Below are positions 1-11,276 of a stretch of DNA of 64,000 bases, one piece after another (the first letter of the stretch is position 1; each line of letters starts with the position of its first letter). Source of the DNA: an uncultured Verrucomicrobiae bacterium. GTDB lineage: Bacteria > Chlamydiota > Chlamydiia > Chlamydiales > Rhabdochlamydiaceae. Position numbers and translations under genes: made by a program. The notes under the pieces are model-generated. The model was not told the origin of the DNA and searched no databases. It saw only the letters and a list, made by a program, of their open reading frames with translations. Location of the stretch: positions 128,001 to 192,000 of the forward strand of contig CAWFUG010000009.1 of the NCBI GenBank assembly GCA_963818965.1, given 5' to 3'.

Positions 1-625
1 AGAGAAGTGTTTTCAAAATCTGCTCTCAACGATCGATCAAACTCAAGTACATGTGACTTTTTTTCTCGATACCTTCCATCCGGGGACCGATCCCCACTTT
101 TTGCAGCGACAGAACGATTTTCCCGTTGTCGAGATGAAGGCGGGAACAGAAGCGGCCTCTTTTCTTTTTCTATTGGATTATGTGATGCAGAAGAAATGGG
201 ATCCTGAGACGATCTTCTATTTTCTAGAGGATGATTACATCCATCGCCCCCATTGGACGCAAGTCTTAAAAGAAGCGTTTGCCTTGCCCGGGGTCGACTA
301 TGTTACACTCTATGACCACAAGGATAAATATTTTCTGCCGCAATATGAGCCACTCGCCTCGAAGATCTTTTGCACGCCCTCTTGTCACTGGCGCACCACC
401 CCTTCGACGACGAACACCTACGCGATGCGCTTTAAGACGCTTAAAAAACACCTCGAGATCCACCGCCTCTTTTCGATCGGCCGCTCGATCACTGCCGACC
501 ACGACAAGTTCTCCCGCCTAAGGGAAGAGGGCGCAACCCTCATCTCTGCCATCCCCGGCTTTTCCACCCATGCAGAGCCAGAGTTCGCCTCTCCCTGCGT
601 CGATTGGGAAACCTTTCTGAGATAA
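1..625 (+). CDS. Glycosyltransferase-like protein (GT-A type), 5' truncated by the window edge
   Basis: Frame is open from position 2; hydrophobic strand plus acidic motif IFYFLEDDYIH resembles a DxD motif. Confidence 0.55.
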   Translation, partial: EKCFQNLLSTIDQTQVHVTFFLDTFHPGTDPHFLQRQNDFPVVEMKAGTEAASFLFLLDYVMQKKWDPETIFYFLEDDYIHRPHWTQVLKEAFALPGVDYVTLYDHKDKYFLPQYEPLASKIFCTPSCHWRTTPSTTNTYAMRFKTLKKHLEIHRLFSIGRSITADHDKFSRLREEGATLISAIPGFSTHAEPEFASPCVDWETFLR

Positions 626-633
626 ATTTTTTA

Positions 634-729
634 CATACCCACAAGTGAGCTCAAAAGTTCGCGCGGTCCTACGGCCAACTTTTGAGCTCACGTGGCTCAA
701 ATTCGCAATTCCTGACCGGGCGCAGTATA
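634..729. repeat. Palindromic miniature element related to 57554-57618
   Basis: Hairpin GTGAGCTCAAAAGTT..AACTTTTGAGCTCAC with loop cgcgcggtcctacggcc, near-identical to the 57554 copy; cATAC...GTATA ends. Confidence 0.7.
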
Positions 730-804
730 TCTGGTTGTTAGGAACTTGCCTTGTTCTCCGGTTTAACAAAAACACTCAGATGAAATGACTGAGCGTTTTT
801 GTTA

Positions 805-865
805 AACTCCCTCCTACAAACTTCGCATTTGGCGCGGCCAAATGCGAAGTTTGTAGGAGGGAGTT
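805..865. repeat. Perfect 29-bp inverted repeat with 3-nt loop
   Basis: aactccctcctacaaacttcgcatttggc / gccaaatgcgaagtttgtaggagggagtt; an imperfect hairpin at about 762-806 precedes it. Confidence 0.85.
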
Positions 866-965
866 AGATATGCTCCTTAAAATTTGGACTTAAGTGATTT
901 CAAAAGTTTCCGTATAAATCCCAGAACTGCTAAGATCGTCGTTTTCTACCTACCTAGGAGGTATT

Positions 966-1526
966 ATGGCAACGAATTATTCCTACTCTTTGACGACAAA
1001 CGTGGCGGTGGAGCGCACGTGGTTAAAGGACGCGATGGTCGTGTTGGGAGCAAGCGTGATTATCGCTCTTTTTGCCCCGGTCTCGATTCCATTGCCCTTT
1101 ACCCCCATCCCCATTTCTACCCAAGCGCATGTCATCTTGCTCTTGGCAGCGTGGTTGGGCAGTAAACGTGCGACGATGGCCGTCTTGCTCCATCTTTCCT
1201 ACGGGGCGATGGGTTTGCCAGTGTTCGCTGGAGGGGCGACGGGTATTCTAACGCTCGCGGGCCCAAGAGGAGGGTACCTCCTCGGCTTTTTGGTGGCGGC
1301 GTTCATTACGGGCTACATTGTCGAAAGACTTAAAAATCGCTCTTCTGCGCGGGTATTCGCGGCGATGGGTGTGGGCAACCTCGTGATCTATTTCTTCGGT
1401 ATTCCTTGGCTTGCTCGCTTTGTCGGTTGGCAAGGAGCCTTCCTTCTCGGAATGGCCCCTTTCGTGATCGGAGATCTCTTCAAGCTGCTCGTCGCTTCTA
1501 AAGTGTTTAAAAGCGTACGCGCCTAA
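966..1526 (+). CDS. bioY: Biotin transporter BioY
   Basis: PFTPIP.STQ, GAMGLPVFAGG and GPRGGYLLGF motifs; SD aggagg upstream. Confidence 0.92.
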   Translation: MATNYSYSLTTNVAVERTWLKDAMVVLGASVIIALFAPVSIPLPFTPIPISTQAHVILLLAAWLGSKRATMAVLLHLSYGAMGLPVFAGGATGILTLAGPRGGYLLGFLVAAFITGYIVERLKNRSSARVFAAMGVGNLVIYFFGIPWLARFVGWQGAFLLGMAPFVIGDLFKLLVASKVFKSVRA

Positions 1527-1541
1527 AGGTTCTTGGAGTGA

Positions 1542-1564
1542 AAAGGGTCCTGCGTGGGCCCTTC
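1542..1564. terminator. Hairpin between convergent genes, likely terminator
   Basis: aagggtcc-tgcgtg-ggcccttc just after the bioY stop. Confidence 0.5.
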
Positions 1565-1831
1565 TTACATAGCTTTTGTTTGCTGATGTCCGTGGGTCGG
1601 CTTGTGGTGCCCGTTCAGTTTTGGCTGTACCGCATTGCTGACTACTTCAGTGTTGGCTGGTTTTTGCTTAGAATAGATAGGCATTATGTTTGTGATCCGG
1701 CCCTCGACGAATCCGGACACCTTTTCGCTGAGCGCTTTCAGCCCTTTTGAGACTTTTTTTGAAGTTTCGTGCGCCTTGTGTGCAGCGTCTGTGGCGTGGG
1801 TATGTGCTGTTCTGCCGACTTCTCTTACCAT
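1565..1831 (-). CDS. Small basic His/Lys-rich hypothetical protein
   Basis: 88-aa ORF with strong SD (AGGAGG) 5 nt before the ATG. Confidence 0.6.
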   Translation of the reverse strand: MVREVGRTAHTHATDAAHKAHETSKKVSKGLKALSEKVSGFVEGRITNIMPIYSKQKPANTEVVSNAVQPKLNGHHKPTHGHQQTKAM

Positions 1832-1922
1832 GTTTTCCTCCTGACCCTAATAGGGATTTTCTTCTGAATCAATTACCAGAGACAGCTAATTTTGGGAACT
1901 GTTTTTTTGAGAGCCGGCTCTA

Positions 1923-2171
1923 TTACTTTTTGTCTTGCGCACGGATTTGGGAACGGAGCAGCTTGGCTACTTGCTCCAGGGAATTATGGAAGGTGGTAGT
2001 AAGGGGGGAGGTGGAGAGGATTTTTGTGGAGCGCGTTTTGTGTTTTAGCGTTTTGTCGACTTGCCTGACTTGCACTCTGATGAGCTGAGCGATTTTTTTG
2101 ATCGCTGTTTCCAGAGATTCGTTGGAGTTCGAATTGTTCTGCGAATTAGAATACTTCTTGCTGCGTTTCAT
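1923..2171 (-). CDS. Small basic hypothetical protein
   Basis: 82-aa ORF downstream of an AT-rich promoter-like region (TATAAT on the minus strand near 2203-2208). Confidence 0.4.
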   Translation of the reverse strand: MKRSKKYSNSQNNSNSNESLETAIKKIAQLIRVQVRQVDKTLKHKTRSTKILSTSPLTTTFHNSLEQVAKLLRSQIRAQDKK

Positions 2172-2316
2172 CGTTCTTTGTTTTCTTTAGTTAAAATTTG
2201 AAATTATAATAGATGTGGTTTTTTTGTCTATTTTGTTTTTGTGGGTCGAGTTGTGGGCGTATTCAAGAATCCTTCAACTTGCTAGCATCTGAAGAGCACG
2301 GAAGAAACAATTTGGC

Positions 2317-2397
2317 AAGAGGCCGTCTGCGATTTAAGCTTCTGTCGATTTTCGGGTTCTTTTGAGCCGACAAGACTTAATTCGCAGACGGCCTCTT
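2317..2397. repeat. Inverted repeat upstream of aas
   Basis: aagaggccgtctgcga ... tcgcagacggcctctt arms with extended imperfect pairing. Confidence 0.7.
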
Positions 2398-2409
2398 AAG
2401 GAATAGGGC

Positions 2410-5118
2410 ATGGAGAGATCCAAGTGGGTGGATCATTGCATTTCTGCGATGGTCGTTGTGTTTCGGTGGTTGGCTACGCTGCGTTACCGGATCGAGGTGA
2501 GGGGGTTGGAGAACATCCGGCCGGAGCACTTACGCGCTTCTGCGGGGATGCTCTTTTTGCCGAACCATCCGGCGGAGATTGATCCCGTTCTTTTAGAGCT
2601 CATTCTGTGGCCGAAATTTCATACGCGGCCTCTCGTCGTCGAGCACTTCTATTACTTGAAGGGATTTCGCGTCTTTCTCGATGCGGTCGGAGCACTTCCT
2701 TTGCCGTCGATGGATCGGATGGTCAATAAGTGGGTCGGGAAGAAAATCGAGAGACAATTCGGAGCGATTGCTACAGAGTTGCGAAAAGGGGGGAACTTCT
2801 TGATCTACCCCTCAGGGCGACTTAAGACCACTGGACTCGAGGTGATCGGAGGGGCTTCTTTGGTGCATCAACTCGTGCAGAGAGTGCCCGATGTGAACAT
2901 CGTATTAGTGAGGACGACGGGATTGTGGGGAAGCCAGTTTTCCAAGGCGCTGACGGGCATTTCTCCTGATTTTGGCAAGACTTTTTGGAAGGGGATTAAG
3001 ATCTTGCTCAAGAATGGGATTTTCTTTGCCCCGCGTCGCAAAGTCTTGATCGAATTGGAGCTCAATCCGAAGGATTTACCTGCTAAGGGCACGCGTCTAG
3101 AATTCAATAAGTACCTGGAAAATTGGTACAATCGCCATCCCGAGCCAGGCTTTGAGCCTTTAACACTCGTCTCTTACGCTTTTTGGAAGCAAGAGCTGCC
3201 TTCTGTCGCAGCGCCACAAGAGAGGGAGCAGCCTTCAGAAGAGAGACCTGTTTCCCCGAAAATTCAAGAAGAAATCTCCGCACATCTCTCTAAGATGTCT
3301 GGGATCGCAGCGGAAAAGATCGATCGAAAAATGAATCTCGCTCAGGATTTGGGATTGGATTCTCTCGATGTCGCGCAGCTCTATATCTTTTTGGAGCAGC
3401 AGTATGGAACGAGCGAGTTGGTTCCAGGAGATCTTCTCTCGGTCGAGGATGTCTTACAGGCCGCGGCGGGATACAAGAGGGAGAGGGAGGATGATTTTTC
3501 TTTCGCACCTCGGAAGCAGCGCTCTTGGCCCGAGGAGTCGAATCGATTAAAGCCCCAGATCCCAGAAGGAACCACCCTCCAGGAGGTTTTTTTAAAGAGC
3601 ATGGACCGAAATGGTTCTCACATCGCCTGTGCCGATGGGATTTCTTCCTGGATGCGTTACCGTCGTCTTAAAATGGGAGCGCTGCTCCTCTCGCGGGTTT
3701 TTAAGAGTCTCGATGGAGAGAAGGTCGGAGTAATGCTCCCCGCTTCTGTCGGTGCGTACCTCGTTATTCTAGCGATTCTCTTGGCAAAAAAGGTGCCTGT
3801 AATGCTCAACTGGACAGTGGGAGTGCGCTCTCTCGACCATGCAGTCGATCTCACAGGACTCAAGGTGGTGATCACTTCTTCTAAGTTTTTGGATCGGCTC
3901 GAAGAGGCAGACCTGGGAAAAGTCGAAGAACACCTTCTCTTTCTCGAGGATGTGAAGGAGAATTTGGGCTGGAAGGAGAAGGCCTCCGCCTTTTTGTCTC
4001 AATGGCTTTCTGCGAAGACTTTGATGCGCAGGCTTCATCTCGATACGATAAAAGCTTCCGATCCTGCAGTCATTCTGTTTACGAGTGGTTCAGAATCCCT
4101 TCCAAAGGGAGTGCCTCTTTCTCATGAGAATCTCTTAAGCAATCAGCGCGCCTGTCTCGAAGTGGCACGGCTTGAATCGACAGATATCTTCTACGGCGTA
4201 TTGCCCCCTTTTCACTCGTTTGGGTTTTCCGTGACGGGGATTTTGCCGCTGCTCGCTGGTCTCAAGATTTGTTACGCTCCCGATCCGACCGACTCTCACG
4301 CGATGGCCAAAGACATCGCCGAATGGAAACCCACTTTGTGGTGCTGTGCGCCGAGTTTCATCCGCGGCCTCTTCCGCGTGGCACTTCCAGAAGAACTCCA
4401 CTCTTTGCGGTTCGTCGTCTCTGGAGCGGAAAAGACCCCTCAGGATCTCTTTGACTTTGTACGTCACCACATGCCTCAAGCAGAGCTCTTAGAAGGGTAT
4501 GGGATCACGGAGTGCGGTCCTGTAGTCAGCATAGACTACCCAGGCGAGCCCCACCGAGGCGTGGGAAAACCCCTTCCCAATGTAGCGCTTAAGATCGTCG
4601 ATTCTGCCACGCATCAGATCCTCAGCGAAGGAGAGGAGGGGGAGGTGTGCATCGCGGGGCCTAGCGTCTTTTCAGGGTATCTCGGTAGCCAGCGTAACCC
4701 TTTCATCACGCTCGAGGGAAAAGAGTGGTACTTATCGGGAGATCGAGGTTCGATCTCTCCAGAAGGGCATTTGATTTTATCGGGAAGGCTCAAACGATTT
4801 GCAAAAATCGGTGGGGAGATGATCAGTCTAGGAGGGGTGGAAGAAGAGCTCTTGCGGCTGGCTCGAGAGAAGCTGTGGCTAAGTGGTCAGGAGGAAGGGC
4901 CCTGTCTTGCCCTAATCGCCCAAGAGCCGGAAGGGGATAAGCCTTTATTAATTTTATTTACCACTTTAAACCTCTCCAAGGAGGGAGTAAACGCAGCTCT
5001 TCGGGAGACGGGGTGGGGGCGGATCGTTAAAATTGCGGAAATTCGCCGAGTTGAGGAGATTCCCTTGACGGGGACAGGTAAAACCCATTATCGTCTCCTG
5101 GACGAAATGAGAATTTAA
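2410..5118 (+). CDS. aas: Aas-like fusion: PlsC acyltransferase + acyl carrier domain + acyl-ACP synthetase (AMP-binding)
   Basis: NHPAEID (HX4D) and IYPSGR in the acyltransferase; DLGLDSLD phosphopantetheine site; ILFTSGSESLPKGV, EGYGITE and SGD adenylation motifs. Confidence 0.85.
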   Translation: MERSKWVDHCISAMVVVFRWLATLRYRIEVRGLENIRPEHLRASAGMLFLPNHPAEIDPVLLELILWPKFHTRPLVVEHFYYLKGFRVFLDAVGALPLPSMDRMVNKWVGKKIERQFGAIATELRKGGNFLIYPSGRLKTTGLEVIGGASLVHQLVQRVPDVNIVLVRTTGLWGSQFSKALTGISPDFGKTFWKGIKILLKNGIFFAPRRKVLIELELNPKDLPAKGTRLEFNKYLENWYNRHPEPGFEPLTLVSYAFWKQELPSVAAPQEREQPSEERPVSPKIQEEISAHLSKMSGIAAEKIDRKMNLAQDLGLDSLDVAQLYIFLEQQYGTSELVPGDLLSVEDVLQAAAGYKREREDDFSFAPRKQRSWPEESNRLKPQIPEGTTLQEVFLKSMDRNGSHIACADGISSWMRYRRLKMGALLLSRVFKSLDGEKVGVMLPASVGAYLVILAILLAKKVPVMLNWTVGVRSLDHAVDLTGLKVVITSSKFLDRLEEADLGKVEEHLLFLEDVKENLGWKEKASAFLSQWLSAKTLMRRLHLDTIKASDPAVILFTSGSESLPKGVPLSHENLLSNQRACLEVARLESTDIFYGVLPPFHSFGFSVTGILPLLAGLKICYAPDPTDSHAMAKDIAEWKPTLWCCAPSFIRGLFRVALPEELHSLRFVVSGAEKTPQDLFDFVRHHMPQAELLEGYGITECGPVVSIDYPGEPHRGVGKPLPNVALKIVDSATHQILSEGEEGEVCIAGPSVFSGYLGSQRNPFITLEGKEWYLSGDRGSISPEGHLILSGRLKRFAKIGGEMISLGGVEEELLRLAREKLWLSGQEEGPCLALIAQEPEGDKPLLILFTTLNLSKEGVNAALRETGWGRIVKIAEIRRVEEIPLTGTGKTHYRLLDEMRI

Positions 5119-5124
5119 GAGTTT

Positions 5125-6990
5125 ATGTCAAAAGTAAGATTAAAAATTTACAATACAGAGACGCGGGAAAAGGAAGAGGTCATCGCGAAAGAGGGCAATC
5201 TGATCCGGATGTACACCTGCGGGCCTACGGTCTATAACTTTGCCCATATCGGCAATTTCCGCACCTATGTCTTTGAAGATCTTTTGCGCCGGACGTTGCA
5301 AATTCTTCGGATTTGAAGTCATCCAGGCGATGAATCTAACGGATGTCGATGACAAGACGATCAAAGGTGCTCTTGAAGAGAAAGATCTCCCTCGAAGCGT
5401 TTACAGAGCCGCTTCAAGAGAGCTTTTTTCGAAGATCTTCAGACCTTGAACATCGAGCCGTGGAACACTATCCGGCAGCGACCGATTATATTCCCGAAAT
5501 GATCGAGATCATCGAAAAACTCGTGAAAGAAGGAACCGCTTACAAGGCGGCGGATGGCAGCATCTATTTTGCAATCCGCAATTTCCCTCCTATGGCCGAC
5601 TTATCCCATCTGCATCTGAGTGAGCTCAAAGAAGGCGCCTCTGAGCGTCTCATCCGATGAGTATGACAAAGAGAATGCGAGCGATTTTGTCCTCTGGAAG
5701 GCTTACGATCGAGAGCGAGACGGGGAGATCTTCTGGGAGAGCCCCTTTGGCACGGGGCCGCCCGGGCTGGCATATCGAATGTTCTGCAATGGCGATGAAG
5801 CTCCTCGGCGAGACAATCGATATCCATGTCGGCGGGGTCGATAACATGTTTCCCCACCATGAAAATGAGATCGCCCAATCGGAAGCTTGCACTTGCTGCC
5901 GCTTTGTGCGGTACTGGATGCATGCAGAGCATCTCCTCGTCGACCACAAAAAAATGTCCAAGAGCCTGGGCAATTTCTTTACCTTGCGCGATCTGCTCGA
6001 AAAAGGGTACAGCGGTAAAGAGGTGCGCTATATGCTCTTACAAACCCACTACCGCACCCAGCTCAATTTCACTTTTACAGGCTTAAGCAGTGTACGCGCC
6101 ACTTTGGAGCGGTTGAGCGATTTCATCCGCCGTTTGCAGGCAATTCGGCATGAAAAGATGCATAAAGCGCTCGACATCATTCTAGAGAAAGCCCTCCCTG
6201 AGGGCTCGGACAAAAACAGATCAGAGAAAGGATCCTCTTTGACATGCAGGCAGAGAAAGCTAAAGATATCTTGGATCCCGCTCTTTTGGAGCCGATCTTA
6301 GAGCGCTCTCTTGCCAAAGTAGAAAAAAAGGGAAGTGTCTTGCAGCGCATTTTAGCAGAAACCAAAGAAGTGAAGGAAAAAGCAGCGTTAAAGGCTGTTT
6401 TGGATCGCTCCCTACTCGATCCTGCAGTCGCCCAAAAAGTCATCAGTCAAGTCGTCCACAAGGTACGCGATGAAAAAAATCGAGACCTACTCGATCCCCT
6501 CATCGTAGCGCCCATCTTGCAAAAGATGCTGTATGAACAACGCACTGAAGACCAAAAAGTCGTCGAAAAAGTCACACGCGATCTCAAGGTAAAAAGAGAC
6601 CACGGATTCGTCTTACCGATCATCGAAAAGACGATCCAGGAGTTTGCAATGGCTCTTGGCGATGATTTGAATATCTCTGCTGCTTTAGCAGCCCTTTTCG
6701 ATATGGTCCGAGAGGTAAATACCCTGTGCGATCAAGACAAGATCGGGATATCAGAGTCGGAAGATGTTCTCGATTGTCTCAAAAAAATCGATCAGGTCTT
6801 AGGCGTGTTGCCTTTGGAAGCACAAGAAGAGGAGATCCCTATAGAGCTGGTGAATGCGCTGCATCGCCGAGAGGTCGCTCGCGCGGAAAAGAATTGGCAG
6901 GTAGCAGATGAGTGCCGCGCCCTCATTGAGAAGGCCGGATATTTCATCGAAGACACCCCACAGGGTGCAAGACTAAAGAGGCGAGAATGA
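5125..6990 (+). CDS. cysS: Cysteinyl-tRNA synthetase, split by several frameshifts (probable assembly errors), with a long helical insertion
   Basis: [45 protein letters not shown] and DDLNISAAL found across different frames. Confidence 0.93.
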
Positions 6991-7229
6991 CAAAAGATGA
7001 ATCTTTTCTATTAAAACTCTACGAACTCGCTTCTGCACAGGGAGACCTGTCGTTTGCGATCGATCGGTTTGCCATCGGGCGTGCCATCGGCCAGAATGAT
7101 AAAGGGGCCAACGTGATCGCGCGCGACCTAGCGCAGGCCAACTTCGTCAAGAAAGGAGAGGGGGACGCTGTCTACCTCACCGATCATGGCCTCTGGCTCG
7201 TCAATAAGCTCCAAGAAGAATATACTTAG
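6987..7229 (+). CDS. Small hypothetical protein, winged-helix-like
   Basis: ATGA overlap with the cysS stop; LAQANFVKK..VYLTDHG pattern. Confidence 0.65.
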   Translation: MTKDESFLLKLYELASAQGDLSFAIDRFAIGRAIGQNDKGANVIARDLAQANFVKKGEGDAVYLTDHGLWLVNKLQEEYT

Positions 7230-7245
7230 GCTGTTACCGTTGTAA

Positions 7246-7312
7246 TTTCACCACAGAGATGGGAAACCACAGAGAGGAAATTTTTAATCTGAATTTCCTC
7301 TCTGTGGTGAAA
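7246..7312. repeat. ACCACAGAG composite palindromic repeat, copy 1
   Basis: tttcaccacagagatgggaaaccacagagaggaaatt...aatttcctctctgtggtgaaa. Confidence 0.9.
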
Positions 7313-7326
7313 CGTGCTGTGGTTAT

Positions 7327-8905
<1,579 letters not shown>

Positions 8906-9083
8906 AATGTCTCAATAATGTAGAATATTGGGGTCATTTTAGGCTCTTTTTCTCAATTGCGCAAGGGGGAAAATTGTCGAGCTTCAGAGTACAGGGGATG
9001 GGACAATTTTTTGAAAGACAGTCATTACTAAATTATATCGATACAAGCTTTGTCGGGGGTTTATCACCCCCTGCTCCCCCGTG

Positions 9084-9149
9084 CCGCATTGCCGGCCCAT
9101 TTTTTCACCCGTGCTACGCATCGGATGCAAAAATGGACCGGCAATGCGG
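9084..9149. repeat. Imperfect inverted repeat
   Basis: ccgcattgccggcccatttttt / aaaaatggaccggcaatgcgg. Confidence 0.7.
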
Positions 9150-9303
9150 GCGCTTTTGCTGCACATCCACTTCGCAGTTTATGGCCGAGTGCGGAGTGCG
9201 GCGTATTCAATAAATAGTTAAATATTAGGGTCTTGCGAACAAACGGGGAGTCGGGCTTGATGAGAAAATGCTTTTAGTGGCATAATTGGAGGTTACCATA
9301 GGA

Positions 9304-9687
9304 ATGACGATGGGAAGTCAAGATCGACAATTGGTATACATTGGTTCCTCTAGGAGAGATGTTTCGAAGTTTCCTCAGGATGTACAGGATCTTTTTTCAG
9401 ATGCTTTGATGCTAGCTCTCATTGGGAAAACTCATAGGGATGCAAAACCCTTTAAGCATCATGGAAGCGGTGTATTTGAGGTAACAGGGGATTATCGAAG
9501 TAGTACTTTTAGAGAGATCTACACCGTGCGATATCCTGAGGTTGTTTATGTTATTCATATTTTTCAGAAAAAAAGCAAAAAGGGGAAAGAAACCCCTAAA
9601 GAAGACATAGAGTTAATTGAGAAAAGGCTCAAGTGGGCTGAACAGCTCTACAAGGAGACATATGGCAAAAAAAGTAAGAAAAAGTAA
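9304..9687 (+). CDS. Type II TA toxin, RelE/ParE (HigB/Gp49-like); start uncertain between 9286 and 9310
   Basis: GSGVFEV, FREIYTVRY..VYVIHIFQKKS..ETPKEDIELI motifs. Confidence 0.88.
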   Translation: MTMGSQDRQLVYIGSSRRDVSKFPQDVQDLFSDALMLALIGKTHRDAKPFKHHGSGVFEVTGDYRSSTFREIYTVRYPEVVYVIHIFQKKSKKGKETPKEDIELIEKRLKWAEQLYKETYGKKSKKK

Positions 9688-10036
9688 AAAGTTCGAAGAA
9701 ATCGAATACGAGGTTAGCTCTGGGAACGTCTTCCAAGATTTTGGTTATGCAAATCCAGAGGAAGCTAAAGCAAAATGGGATCTTGCCTTTCTAATCAGAT
9801 CAGTCATAGAGGATAAAGAGTTAACTCAGGATATGGCTGCTGAATTGATGGGAATAGACCAGCCAAAAGTATCGAAGATCACAAGAGGGATTCTTTCTGA
9901 ATTTACTATTGAGCGATTGATGCGCTATTTAGTTGCGTTGGGGATAGACATTGAAATTAAGCCAAAAGAGAAAAAGACTGTAGTCCCTTCAATTCACGTT
10001 GGACAAAGCAATTTAAGAAGATCCATCAGAGCCTGA
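9662..10036 (+). CDS. HigA-like XRE HTH antitoxin
   Basis: SSGNVFQDFG, LTQ..AA..MGIDQPKVSKI and FTIERLMRYL; overlaps the toxin end. Confidence 0.88.
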   Translation: MAKKVRKSKKFEEIEYEVSSGNVFQDFGYANPEEAKAKWDLAFLIRSVIEDKELTQDMAAELMGIDQPKVSKITRGILSEFTIERLMRYLVALGIDIEIKPKEKKTVVPSIHVGQSNLRRSIRA

Positions 10037-10074
10037 GCGCAGCTCGGCAGCTCCGTGTCTTTCTCCCCTTTTTG

Positions 10075-10123
10075 TGTGTAATCCAGGCACTCATTGGCTC
10101 CCAATGAGTGCCTGGATTACACA
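10075..10123. repeat. Perfect 23-bp inverted repeat between convergent genes
   Basis: tgtgtaatccaggcactcattgg-ctc-ccaatgagtgcctggattacaca. Confidence 0.85.
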
Positions 10124-10147
10124 ATTTAGTTGCGTTGGGGTGGGCAG

Positions 10148-11179
10148 CTATGAGGGGAGGCGGAACAGAAAGGCGCTGTCGGCGATGAGCGCGTCCGTTG
10201 CCTCTTGCATAGACTGGTTGAACTGATCGTAGGCAGCTTCTGGATCTTTTTGGACCTCACCCAGGAAGTGTCCGGCGATGGCAGCGCCTGTAAGGGCTGT
10301 GTTTGCGCCCATGCCTTGGAAAAAACTCGCTGAAGCGGCAGCTTCACCGATGAGAAGAGCAGAGTGGTCTGTGTGGGAAAATGTCTTGGTTTGGGAGAGT
10401 TGAATCGGCACTTCGGGGAGGATAAAGCAATCGCGTTGTTCTAGGGCGTCAGCTTCTCCATGCCACCCTTGGGAGCGCAGAGCTTCTTGGAGGGGAACCT
10501 TTGTCGCGGAATCGGGGAACTGGGTAAAGACGACGCTGACGGAGGGGGTTTTGATTCTGCGCACGAATCCACTACCGAGAGAGACAGGGTCGGTGACGTC
10601 GATTGCAGGGGAAGTAGGGTCTTCAGAGCAGTGCACCACGGCGCCTTCTCCTATTGCTGTGCCGAAGATCTGTTTTTCAACTCCTAAGCACTCTCGGACG
10701 CGGCTATGGGTGCCATCGGCTCCGACGATGATGTCGTAAGAAAAATGCTTTGGCCCTTGTGCAGTGGAAATGAGGGCTGTGTGCTCAGGACCAAAATCGA
10801 CAAATTCCCCTTGGATCTTTTTGATTCCTAGAGCTTGGACTTTTTGATCGAGTGCGGTTTCTAAGGCGTTGATGGGGATAAGACCGACAGAGAAATCTTC
10901 AGTAAGGGACATGGTATGGAGGGACGGGGACTCGACCTGCCATTTTTTAAGCAGTTTTAGAGAGCTATCGAGTAGAAGCAGTGTCTGTTCCCTCGAGTAG
11001 GCATCCCGTTTTTCGATGAGCGTGACGTCATAGCCTCTTTCCTTGGCTTCCAAGGCAACGCCGAGACCAGCGGGTCCTCCACCGATGATCAGAAGCGAGG
11101 GAGGCAATTGCTGATCCTGGGCAAATAGAAAGACACAAAGAGAAAGGGAAAGGAGGGTGCCGATGATGCTTCGTTTCAT
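10148..11179 (-). CDS. FAD-dependent monooxygenase/oxidoreductase with Sec signal peptide
   Basis: IIGGGPAG Rossmann motif, VGADG, LIGEAA..FFQGMGAN; N-terminal MKRS, hydrophobic core and LFA-Q cleavage site. Confidence 0.8.
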   Translation of the reverse strand: MKRSIIGTLLSLSLCVFLFAQDQQLPPSLLIIGGGPAGLGVALEAKERGYDVTLIEKRDAYSREQTLLLLDSSLKLLKKWQVESPSLHTMSLTEDFSVGLIPINALETALDQKVQALGIKKIQGEFVDFGPEHTALISTAQGPKHFSYDIIVGADGTHSRVRECLGVEKQIFGTAIGEGAVVHCSEDPTSPAIDVTDPVSLGSGFVRRIKTPSVSVVFTQFPDSATKVPLQEALRSQGWHGEADALEQRDCFILPEVPIQLSQTKTFSHTDHSALLIGEAAASASFFQGMGANTALTGAAIAGHFLGEVQKDPEAAYDQFNQSMQEATDALIADSAFLFRLPS

Positions 11180-11276
11180 TGATGACCTTTTGTTTTAAGG
11201 CAAAAAGTCTATGACAGAAAGCGCTTTTTCTCATAGAGAAAAAGCGTTTTTAGTGTTAAGTAAAAATTTTCCAAGC

